From the NCBI GenBank assembly GCA_965215335.1, contig CBDCDA010000001.1:896001-960000 (forward strand): a DNA stretch of 64,000 bases, in the 5' to 3' direction. The position numbers and the translations under genes are program-made. This document shows positions 1 to 8,087 of the stretch, piece by piece. The notes below the pieces were generated by a model. That model was not told the DNA's origin. It ran no database searches and saw only the letters and a list, made by a program, of their open reading frames with translations. This DNA comes from an uncultured Candidatus Entotheonella sp. (GTDB lineage Bacteria; Tectomicrobia; Entotheonellia; Entotheonellales; Entotheonellaceae). Positions within the stretch are counted from its first letter, which is position 1. Every line of letters begins with the position of its first letter.

Positions 1-1
1 G

Positions 2-334
2 GCGGCCCTGCCGGTCATGCGGACGGGACGCGGAACCACCGGCGCCAAGCGGGCGACCGTCGAGGCGAGAGCGGCCCGCGCGGTCGTGCAGGCATTGCGC
101 CATGTCGGCGTGACGGTGCCGGTGGAGTCCGTTCGCGTACAACGCGAGCCGTTTGATCATAACGGCGCCCGGGCGGAAGCGTTTGTCATGTCCGAGCGGT
201 TTGCGGCGCGCGGTCTGCATCACGCGGAGATTGCTTTCGCGCGAGCCGTGCGCGGTCCCCTCGTCATTGGGAATGGGCGCTATCTGGGCCTGGGCCTGAT
301 GGCGCCCCTTTGCATGGGCCTGCACAAGCCGTAA
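2..334 (+). CDS. csb2: Type I-G Csb2, C-terminal part only (gene starts left of the window); a second, divergent csb2 copy
   Basis: Frame open from base 2 (AALPVMR...AVVQALRH...VRVQREPF...GARAEAF...GPLVIGNGRYLGLGLMAP). The terminal GPLxIGxGRYxGLG G-loop is typical of the Csb2 Cas6-like domain. Overlaps the minus-strand csb2 by 55 bp. Confidence 0.8.
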   Translation, partial: AALPVMRTGRGTTGAKRATVEARAARAVVQALRHVGVTVPVESVRVQREPFDHNGARAEAFVMSERFAARGLHHAEIAFARAVRGPLVIGNGRYLGLGLMAPLCMGLHKP

Positions 335-2613
335 CCCCGAAAGCGTCCCGCCCCGATCAGCACCGGCCCGCCAACCGGTTCATCGAAGACGAGCACTGCA
401 TGGCTGTGGCTCTGTCGGCCGCCGTCGTGCTTGCGGGTCAGCTGCGGAAATTCCCGCGCGTGGGGCACACCTTCGACCAGGGAGACCGGATGCAGCACGA
501 CGTCACGGGGGCGCGGCAGTCCGATATGTTCACACATGTCCTTCACGCTGTCGGTGGCCCGCTCCCACTTGTCCTTACCGTCGAAGTGACGGTTCAGGAC
601 GACCGGCGTCACGCTGGCCCAGACGCGGGAAACCTGCGTCCAGGTGTCGGGATCGAGATTCGTCGGCGGGCGTTCGCGGGTTTCGAGTTCGACGACGCAC
701 TCGAAACCATCGCCGCTGAACAGTCGGTGTGCGTGGGGCAGGCCGGTGTCGGAATCGCGCAGGATGGGTTCCAGACAACGCCCGACCTCTTGCGGTGGCA
801 ACGCTCTTGGGAACACCAGCGCCAAGCCCATGACGCGCCCATCCGCGTGTTGCGAGCCGACAAACGACAGGGGTATTAAAGCCAAGTGCGGCACCGAGGT
901 TGCCCTGCCGTCCGGGCGATGGCCGCTGAACCACTCCGGCGGCGGCTGCTCGGGGCACTCACGCATCAACAGGCCGCGCAGAGCCGCCGTGAGCCTGAGC
1001 GTTGTCGGCAGGGAGAGGCGCCGGCCTTGCATGCCGAAGACGACCAGCCGGGGGTCGAACAACGACCCGGGTGCGCTCTTGGCGTCTTTGGACTGCGGGG
1101 CGGCATACCCTTGCCACCGTCCAGGGACTGGACGCCTAGGCGTTGCCGGTTTCAGGTTCGCCTTCAACGTTTCGACGTGTCGCCTTTGCTCGCGAAGACT
1201 TCGTGGGCCACTTCGGCTATTTCCCCTGCGCTCCGCCGTAGCAAGTCGATCTCGGATGGTGTCAACATCCGGGGAGCGGGCGAGGTACCTAGCTTCCGAT
1301 TGAGTAAGGCAGTTGAAGGCGTGACCGAAACGCGTTTTCCACCACTTCTCGAAATCTCGCCCGTGCTTTTGTGTGAGCTCATGGAGTTGCTCCCTTGAGG
1401 GCGTTAACTTGGCCGAATAGGGCTTGCCGGTCAACCCGACCGCACCCACCACCGTTCCTCCCTGTTTCTTGATCCAACCGCGCAGATTCGCCAGCGTGCC
1501 GCCCTGACCGATAAAATCGTCTACCAACAGGTGCTCGCGCCCCTGCTCAACGTCACCTTCGAAGCGGGCTTGGCGGGCGAGGCGTCCATAGCCGTCGGCA
1601 CCCGTGTGGGACACCACATTGGTTTGCACCACGGCGTCGTTATATTCAAGGTCCAGTCGCTCGCTTAGCCATTGCGCCAAGGCGGCCGGAATGGCATTGA
1701 CTCCTTTGTCTTCGTAGGCATGGGCACTCACCAGCACCAAGATACCGCGCTCGCCGACATGGGCCATCAGCGTTCGTACCGCGGCAATACCCCGGTCGTC
1801 GATAAGCGTATCGACCAAGTTGGCGGCGGCGACCGGATCGCCCGACTTGGCGGCCGGATAGTCCGCATGTCGCTTGCTTCGAAGTTCGTCGGCAAGCAGC
1901 ACCGCATCGGGAAACCCGCGCCAAGCCGCCCTAGGCGGCGGGGTCATCGCCTTGAATTCGATCTCGGCCTGTTCGATCTCTTCGAGGCGACCACGATAGG
2001 CGCTCCAGGCTTGGCGGTAGGGTTGGGCCAGTCGTTCAAGGCGTCCGGGCGACGAGACGCGCAGGCGGTGCTTGGCGATGCCGCCCGTCGGCTCCCACTT
2101 CACCGTGACGTCGCTGGCTTCCTCCACCCACGCCTGCACGAAAGAGGCGGAGTGTCCGACATGCGTGACCTTGGCCGCCAAGCGTTCCAAGGCGGGTCGG
2201 TGGGCTTCAAACTCGGTTTCGCGCCAGATCAGACGCATCGTCGGGTCGTGGGGGATGGCAACCGGAAAACCTCGGGCCTGGCGGTCACGGCCAATGGGCA
2301 GAGACCCTTCAGCATGGGGTTGGGGCGGTTTCTTCTTGTCGTTTATCGGAGAGCAGTTGTCGTTGACTGGTACATAGCTGGTAACGGCGGTACGGTGGGC
2401 GGCATCCGAGGCGGCGATAGCCGGCGGCGGCAGGGTTTCGAGCCAGCGCAGGGCCTCGCCCTCTTCAGGGTCTTCACCCGTTTCAAACCAGGCTGCCGCC
2501 AACGCCATGAACACCCGGTCGGGATGCGGTGGCCACTCGGCTTGTTCCTTCCTCGCCCCGTCCGACGCGGCCATCGACCAGCCGTTCAGGTAGCGGATGC
2601 CAATAGCGAACAT
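280..2613 (-). CDS. csb2: Type I-G Csb2 (RAMP with Cas6-like C-half) carrying an inserted phosphoribosyltransferase domain
   Basis: N-terminal EWPPHPDRVFMALAAA and WLETLPPP, YVPVND. C-terminal WASVTPVVL and GPVLIGAGRFRGYGLCRP G-loop. Residues ~223-463 contain the PRPP-binding motif LLVDDFIGQGGTL. Start overlaps the cas7 stop (TGATG). Confidence 0.9.
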   Translation of the reverse strand: MFAIGIRYLNGWSMAASDGARKEQAEWPPHPDRVFMALAAAWFETGEDPEEGEALRWLETLPPPAIAASDAAHRTAVTSYVPVNDNCSPINDKKKPPQPHAEGSLPIGRDRQARGFPVAIPHDPTMRLIWRETEFEAHRPALERLAAKVTHVGHSASFVQAWVEEASDVTVKWEPTGGIAKHRLRVSSPGRLERLAQPYRQAWSAYRGRLEEIEQAEIEFKAMTPPPRAAWRGFPDAVLLADELRSKRHADYPAAKSGDPVAAANLVDTLIDDRGIAAVRTLMAHVGERGILVLVSAHAYEDKGVNAIPAALAQWLSERLDLEYNDAVVQTNVVSHTGADGYGRLARQARFEGDVEQGREHLLVDDFIGQGGTLANLRGWIKKQGGTVVGAVGLTGKPYSAKLTPSREQLHELTQKHGRDFEKWWKTRFGHAFNCLTQSEARYLARSPDVDTIRDRLATAERRGNSRSGPRSLREQRRHVETLKANLKPATPRRPVPGRWQGYAAPQSKDAKSAPGSLFDPRLVVFGMQGRRLSLPTTLRLTAALRGLLMRECPEQPPPEWFSGHRPDGRATSVPHLALIPLSFVGSQHADGRVMGLALVFPRALPPQEVGRCLEPILRDSDTGLPHAHRLFSGDGFECVVELETRERPPTNLDPDTWTQVSRVWASVTPVVLNRHFDGKDKWERATDSVKDMCEHIGLPRPRDVVLHPVSLVEGVPHAREFPQLTRKHDGGRQSHSHAVLVFDEPVGGPVLIGAGRFRGYGLCRPMQRGAIRPRPR

Positions 2614-3839
2614 CAGCCTTTCTCCGTACCCGGCGCACTCGCCGATTCCTGACTGAGGCGAACGAGTTCTATCAGGTCGGGGGAAGGCGTCAGTTCAATC
2701 ACGTCCTCCCAAGGCAGGCCGGGCGTTTTGGCGTCCTCAATCGTGTCAGCGAGCAGATGGAGAGCGGCATCTCCATCAAGTTCGAACTCCCGAGGCGCCT
2801 CTGTGGGGCGATCCAGAAGTTGCCAAGTGGACTCACCTTCGGCAAAGAGCTGGCAACGGGAACGCAAATCCACGTCACTACGCGCCAACGTTCCTGCGGC
2901 GAGCCCTAGCGCAGCCAGTACCGTGCGAGCAGCCAAATCGACCTCGTCTATCGAGTCGGCTGCACCGTTGAGCGGAAACCGAAGGCGGCGCAACACCGCT
3001 AGCGACAGCGTGGTTGTCTGTCGTGCTCTCGAAAGTGTGAATCCGCCTCCGCCGGGTTCAATTCTGGGCCTGACGGCATTTCCGTGGTTCTCCTCGGTTG
3101 GCCGCCGTCCGGTGGGCTTGCGCCCACTGCCGAGCTTGGTGGGCCCTTCATCCAGTGACCAATGCGGTGCGTCATCGCGTTCGGGCTCACGTCTGTACAG
3201 AACAGCCACGTTCATAATCTGCGCCGGGTCGATACGGCTCGATGTCTTTACACCGGCCACAGCGTCATATCCGATGATCTCCGAAACCAACGCCCGCTGA
3301 AACTTGGCGCCCAGCCCGCCGCGCGGTCCCGTCGAATCCCACAAACCGAACACCAGAGCCGTGGGGCAGAGACCAAACAGCCCGGTGGCGTTTCGAATGT
3401 CGGCCGTATCGAGGATGCGCCCCTTGTCCGATTTGCGGAAGATCACGCCGTTCAACAGGCTGTCCCGAAACAAGGCGTCCGCTGCGCGGTGCGGTGCTTC
3501 CAGACTGGTCACCGTGAACTTCTTGAGCAATTCGTCCTGATCGAACCGCGTCACGATCAAGGGAAGCTTCACCCGGCCGGCGCGGTGCGCCTCCAACAGC
3601 GCCATCTCCATGCGGTTGGCTTGTGACTGCACGGAATCCAGGAGGACGCACAGCCGTACTTCGCCCGTCGCCGGGTCGATACGGTCCTCCGTGGCGTACT
3701 TGCCGCCTTCATACGTGGGCGGGAATACCTTGTCGCCAGGGCCACCCGCCGGCTGGTAGTCGGTCACGCAGCGGAACGCCGCGGCCGTGCCGGCAATCGC
3801 GTCTCGCAGGGTCTGCAGGTCAAGCTTGTTGGGCACCAT
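2613..3839 (-). CDS. cas7: Type I-G Cas7 backbone protein (Csb1)
   Basis: Csb1 motifs VFPPTY, LLDSVQSQANRME, PHRAADA, PTALVFGLWDS; position in the I-G operon. Confidence 0.92.
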   Translation of the reverse strand: MVPNKLDLQTLRDAIAGTAAAFRCVTDYQPAGGPGDKVFPPTYEGGKYATEDRIDPATGEVRLCVLLDSVQSQANRMEMALLEAHRAGRVKLPLIVTRFDQDELLKKFTVTSLEAPHRAADALFRDSLLNGVIFRKSDKGRILDTADIRNATGLFGLCPTALVFGLWDSTGPRGGLGAKFQRALVSEIIGYDAVAGVKTSSRIDPAQIMNVAVLYRREPERDDAPHWSLDEGPTKLGSGRKPTGRRPTEENHGNAVRPRIEPGGGGFTLSRARQTTTLSLAVLRRLRFPLNGAADSIDEVDLAARTVLAALGLAAGTLARSDVDLRSRCQLFAEGESTWQLLDRPTEAPREFELDGDAALHLLADTIEDAKTPGLPWEDVIELTPSPDLIELVRLSQESASAPGTEKG

Positions 3840-3854
3840 CTTCTCCTGTTTACG

Positions 3855-4790
3855 TCAAACGGGTCGGGCACGGGTGTAGTTCCGGTACTTGCCAACGGTA
3901 ATGCGCCGGCTTCTGTACACCTCGACCACCCCCATCGCGCGGAGGTTCGCACGGTCGGGGACGGCTTCTTGGATTTCCGGCAAGGCGAGCAGCGAGCGCA
4001 CGACATCCACGCTCAGGGCGCCTTCCCAAATCGGCCACGTGAACACGACTGCTCCGGGCTGGCTGGAAAATCCGGTCGTCTCGAGCCGGCCAGCCCGGTC
4101 AGCGGGCGCCACCGGGAATAGCGGAAGCGCTTCCACGGCAAGGCGGTTGGCGCCGCGCATGGTCTTTACGACGTCCCTGGAAGGCTCGCCCCACCGCAAG
4201 GCATACCGCCGGTCCTCTTCAGGGTCCCAGCGGAGTCCATGTTTGTCGTCAGAGTAATCCCACGTTTCGAACAACGACCTGCGCACGTGCTCCGCTTCGG
4301 TCTCGCGAACCAGATGTTTCATCGTACCGAGGAAGTGCTGATGACCAGCCCCGCTCATCGTACGCAGCGCCGTGTCCCGGATGCTCTTCTTGTTTTTGTC
4401 ACGGGCCACGACCAGGTCACAGCCAAAAGAGGCCACGAAATCGGCGTAGCGCCGATCCAGGCGCGAAGCGCAACCCTGGGCTTCTCCTGCCACCTTCCTG
4501 AACTTCTCCGGGTTGACGTTCAAGTTCTTGTCGAAGTCGAACTCCGGTGTCGATTCAAGCCGCAGAGCGGGGACCAGCAGTTCGACCAGACGTTCCTCGG
4601 AAACCGCTCGGTTGCCGGACAACACCGGAGCCCAGATTCCGTTATGCGTCGTCCACTTCATTCGCCAATCGGTTGCCGGATCGGTACAAGCAACAGTGCG
4701 CAGGGTGCCAACCGCGGCCAGAAACGCCAGCGGATTGCTCCCATCGAGTCCGCCCAGCAACAGGCCGCCGGTTTCATTGTTCGGCATCAT
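3855..4790 (-). CDS. Small type I-G large-subunit-like protein (Cas8g2/Csb3-like, ~311 aa)
   Basis: True start taken as MMPNNE at 4790 with GAGGAGG SD, overlapping the cas3 stop. GLDGSNPLAFLAAVG, LRWDPEEDRRYALR and GANRLAVEALPLFP motifs; lies between cas3 and cas7. The ORF-track extension to 5498 is inside cas3. Confidence 0.75.
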   Translation of the reverse strand: MMPNNETGGLLLGGLDGSNPLAFLAAVGTLRTVACTDPATDWRMKWTTHNGIWAPVLSGNRAVSEERLVELLVPALRLESTPEFDFDKNLNVNPEKFRKVAGEAQGCASRLDRRYADFVASFGCDLVVARDKNKKSIRDTALRTMSGAGHQHFLGTMKHLVRETEAEHVRRSLFETWDYSDDKHGLRWDPEEDRRYALRWGEPSRDVVKTMRGANRLAVEALPLFPVAPADRAGRLETTGFSSQPGAVVFTWPIWEGALSVDVVRSLLALPEIQEAVPDRANLRAMGVVEVYRSRRITVGKYRNYTRARPV

Positions 4791-7700
4791 GCGCCTCCTC
4801 CCACTCGCTGCGCCGCCAGTCGGCGAGGCGCAACAGCGCTTCGAGCCACGCCAGCCCCCACCAGCCATAGTGCCGGACAAGTCGCCAGTAGCGTTCCGCC
4901 ACGCCCGAGTCGAGGCGTTCCAGGCCGGTAGCGCCCGACCACTCCATCCGGTGCCCGCACAGGTCGAACGCCACGGGCGCGCCCGGGTTGTCGACCACGA
5001 CCGGCGCGAAGGGCCGGCAGTGGCCGTGGTGACTGGCGACCAGGTGCAGAACCAGGTCGCGCAGGATGTCGTCATTCGGCAACAGCGTTGGATCGCTCTC
5101 CACCAAACGCACCGACAACAGCTCGTGGCGGCCCCTCTCCGGGTATCCCGATGCGGCACGAGCGCGCCGCCGGGCGGCATGCGTCCTCGGCATTTGGGCG
5201 GATTTGGCCAGGAGCGGGCCACTCGACAGCGTGCCACCCCGCAACAGGGATTGGAAGCGCGGATCGGCCTTTCCGACATCGTGGAGCAATCCGGCGCGGG
5301 CGACCGCCTCGGCCACGTCCTCCGGCAAGCCACAGCCGACGGCATGGCGGCGGGCGTAATCCTCGACGCCCGGCAGGTGCTTGCAAAGCAGAACCGGTTG
5401 CCCGTCAGGATGCGAGATCCCGGATGCCGTGGCGTCGTCTTCATCGTTGAAGGGATCGGCTTCGTGGGCAAGCGCGGGTACGCGACGACGGCCGGCAAGA
5501 ATGAGGCTTCGACCGACCAAGCGGACCTCGCGGCGCAGCCTGGCGACGGAAAACTCGGCTTTGAGTTCGCCGGCGGCTTTCGGCAACCAAGACCAACGGC
5601 TCGAAAGTATCGCTTCCGTCTCCGAAACCTCCGTCAGCAGGTCACGCACGGTGTCGGCGACTTCGTCCGGGTCGCTCTCGAACTTCCGCTCCACGTCGTC
5701 CAGCAGGTCGAGAGTCGCCTGCTTGGCCGTCATCGAGTCTGGCCAGACACGCACAATCGCCGGGTGCAGACGAAGAATCGGTTTGGCGCGGGCGACGCGG
5801 TGCGCCTGATCGCCCACGTCCAAGGCTTCCGGCGGTTCGGTTGCTTCGGGAGGGAAATCGCCAAGCTGGTCCGGCAGGCTGGGATGGCGCGTCGGGACCA
5901 CGACCACGTCGCCGGGCCGAATCCGACCCGGATCGGAGGTGACGTCGTCACAGTTCGTGTCCGCACCGTGCCAGCGGACAACACGACGGGTCACCTCGCG
6001 GGAGTCGTCGACGTTTTCGTCCCGCTCCGCGGCGTGGCCCCCCTCCAGGTCGGCGTCGTGGTCTTCGACGCCCGTTCCCGCCAACCAGCGCTTGAACACC
6101 CCAATGGGTACCGGCAGCGTCTCGTTGCTGCCTGGCGGGCACAGAACCAAAGACTCGCTGGCGTGCTCCTGCCCGTCCTCACTCCCCAGGTCGAGGTCGG
6201 CGCGCCAACAAACCTGCACGTCCGGCGCACCTTCCCGTGGGCCGTGCAGGAACGGCGCGACGTCCGGCGAGGGGCGAGGTTCAGGCGCCGTCTGCGCCCA
6301 ACAGTCGATATGAGCGGGAAGCATGACGGGCGCATCGGGCGATGGCGCGTTGAGTTCAGCCAGGACATGGTCATCCGGCAACAGCGCTTCCAACTCAACG
6401 ATGCCGAAGTCCACCTCGCCGTTTTCATTCTTGTGTCTGTCGAGCCAATTCCAGGTCTTGGTCAGCGCCTTGCCGTAAACCGGGTCGCCCTCGTCGTCCT
6501 GGCTCAACCTGGCCTGGTCGGCGCGAACGAGAATCGTGGCTTGGGCTGCAATGTCCCGTCCCATGCGGTCCAACCGGCCAAAACGCTGGCGCAGCGCATC
6601 GAGGCTGGCATTCTCGGCGACAAGGCCGTCGAAGTCCAGGTCGGCTCCCACTTCCAGGGTTTGGGTGGCGACGACGATGACCGGCTTTTCCAACACGCGA
6701 ATCGACGATCGCTCCGAGTGGAGGTCCAGACTGTCCAACCGTTGCGCGACGGCGTCTTTGTCCACGGGGCGCATTCGTCCAGTGAGCAAAATTGTCTCGA
6801 CATCTTGGCGCTCCTCCGCCAGCAGCCTGGAGGTTTCCCTGGCCGTCGCCACCCGATTGGCGAATACGACGACGGCGTGCCGCCCATCGCCCAGCAGTTC
6901 CTGAGCGGCTTGCGCCAGAGCCCCGGGCAAGTCGTCCTTGGCGACAGGATCAACCAGCTTGGCCGGCTTGCTGGCCAACTGGCGTTTCCCCAGCGGATGC
7001 CCGGGATCGCGCCCTTCGCCGGACGTGTCCCTGAACACGTCGGTCAAGTCGGCGGGCGGTGTCGCCGACATCACCACGGGATGAAAGCAGCGAGCAAGCG
7101 GCGCCCGCGCCCAGGTACGGAAACGCCGCACCGCCTGCAGGGTTTGCAGGAACGGCTGCGCGCAATGCGCCTCGTCGAGCAGGATGAGACTGTCGTTGAC
7201 CGCCAGCCCGGCGTAGATCGGCCATGTACCGGACCCTCGGCCGTAGGCGCGGAACAACAGGCGCGAGCCGAGCTGATCGACGGTGCATGCCACGACGGTC
7301 GGTTGCAGGGGATTGCGCGCCCAGGACTCCGAGCGGTACATGCCGCCGCGCAGCGCGTGAACGGAAAGCGGCGGTTCGTCGCTGCTGAATCCGGCGCTTT
7401 CGCCATGCGCGATTCGACGCAGGTTGGCCGCAACGTTCCCGAGAATCCCCGTCTCGCTTTCGCAGAGCTTGCTTTGCAAGCGCCGTGCGCGCTTATACGC
7501 TTCGTCAACGATGATGCGCCGGTCGACAACGAAAAAGATACGCCGTGGCGCGGTGATCGCCTGGCCGGTCGCCAGCCGTTTCGCCTGAGCCGCCAAAGCG
7601 AATACGGCGATGTCCATGCAGGCAGTCTTGCCCGCCGCCGTGGGCAAGGCGATGGCTGCCGGCCATGGATCGCATCCTGCGTCGTCATCGCAAGGGGCAT

Positions 7701-7866
7701 TTGGAGACGGCGACTCGGCTGCCGAGTCGCCGTGTTCCAGCACGCGGGCCGCCAGATCTTTCTGCCATGCGAAGGGTGGCTTGGCCCACAACGCAGCGAA
7801 GAACTCGTCAAAGTCCGCTGCGCACAGGTCCGACATGCGCGTGTTATTCACGCCAAATGTCCTCAT
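4774..7866 (-). CDS. cas3: Type I-G Cas3 helicase-nuclease with C-terminal HD domain (start may be ATG 7836)
   Basis: Walker A LPTAAGKT, DEAH, ATQTLEVGADLD, QRFGRLDR. C-terminal HD nuclease LLHDVGKAD...RHE...HHG; the C-terminal HD position is characteristic of I-G. Confidence 0.95.
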   Translation of the reverse strand: MRTFGVNNTRMSDLCAADFDEFFAALWAKPPFAWQKDLAARVLEHGDSAAESPSPNAPCDDDAGCDPWPAAIALPTAAGKTACMDIAVFALAAQAKRLATGQAITAPRRIFFVVDRRIIVDEAYKRARRLQSKLCESETGILGNVAANLRRIAHGESAGFSSDEPPLSVHALRGGMYRSESWARNPLQPTVVACTVDQLGSRLLFRAYGRGSGTWPIYAGLAVNDSLILLDEAHCAQPFLQTLQAVRRFRTWARAPLARCFHPVVMSATPPADLTDVFRDTSGEGRDPGHPLGKRQLASKPAKLVDPVAKDDLPGALAQAAQELLGDGRHAVVVFANRVATARETSRLLAEERQDVETILLTGRMRPVDKDAVAQRLDSLDLHSERSSIRVLEKPVIVVATQTLEVGADLDFDGLVAENASLDALRQRFGRLDRMGRDIAAQATILVRADQARLSQDDEGDPVYGKALTKTWNWLDRHKNENGEVDFGIVELEALLPDDHVLAELNAPSPDAPVMLPAHIDCWAQTAPEPRPSPDVAPFLHGPREGAPDVQVCWRADLDLGSEDGQEHASESLVLCPPGSNETLPVPIGVFKRWLAGTGVEDHDADLEGGHAAERDENVDDSREVTRRVVRWHGADTNCDDVTSDPGRIRPGDVVVVPTRHPSLPDQLGDFPPEATEPPEALDVGDQAHRVARAKPILRLHPAIVRVWPDSMTAKQATLDLLDDVERKFESDPDEVADTVRDLLTEVSETEAILSSRWSWLPKAAGELKAEFSVARLRREVRLVGRSLILAGRRRVPALAHEADPFNDEDDATASGISHPDGQPVLLCKHLPGVEDYARRHAVGCGLPEDVAEAVARAGLLHDVGKADPRFQSLLRGGTLSSGPLLAKSAQMPRTHAARRRARAASGYPERGRHELLSVRLVESDPTLLPNDDILRDLVLHLVASHHGHCRPFAPVVVDNPGAPVAFDLCGHRMEWSGATGLERLDSGVAERYWRLVRHYGWWGLAWLEALLRLADWRRSEWEEAHDAEQ

Positions 7867-7959
7867 CGGCGATCATCAGGTAGTCGGTCTGTAACAGCCA
7901 GTGGCCGCCATCGCGACGTCGCCCACGTCGAACTTCTTAAAAGCAGGTCAAAGGACGGC

Positions 7960-7989
7960 ATTCTAGTTCCGGCAAGGGCCTGTGGTCAA
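7960..7989 (-). promoter_or_regulatory. Putative sigma70 promoter for the cas3 operon
   Basis: Minus strand reads TTGACC-18 nt-TAGAAT about 95 bp upstream of cas3. Confidence 0.55.
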
Positions 7990-8087
7990 TCAGACCAAAC
8001 CGGCGGGCCCGGATCGGCAAACTGTCGTCCTGCAACGACAAGCGTCTCGGCGGCAAGAGAGGGAGACAGACATGAGCGAGGACAGCC

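Noticed and set aside
1225..1947. Insert in csb2 as an intein or group I/II intron
   Set aside because: No C/S...HN-C/S/T splice motifs and no LAGLIDADG or RT motifs; it carries a PRTase signature instead.
4791..5498. N-terminal extension of the cas8g-like ORF to 547 aa
   Set aside because: It overlaps the cas3 HD domain in another frame; the SD-supported start is at 4790.
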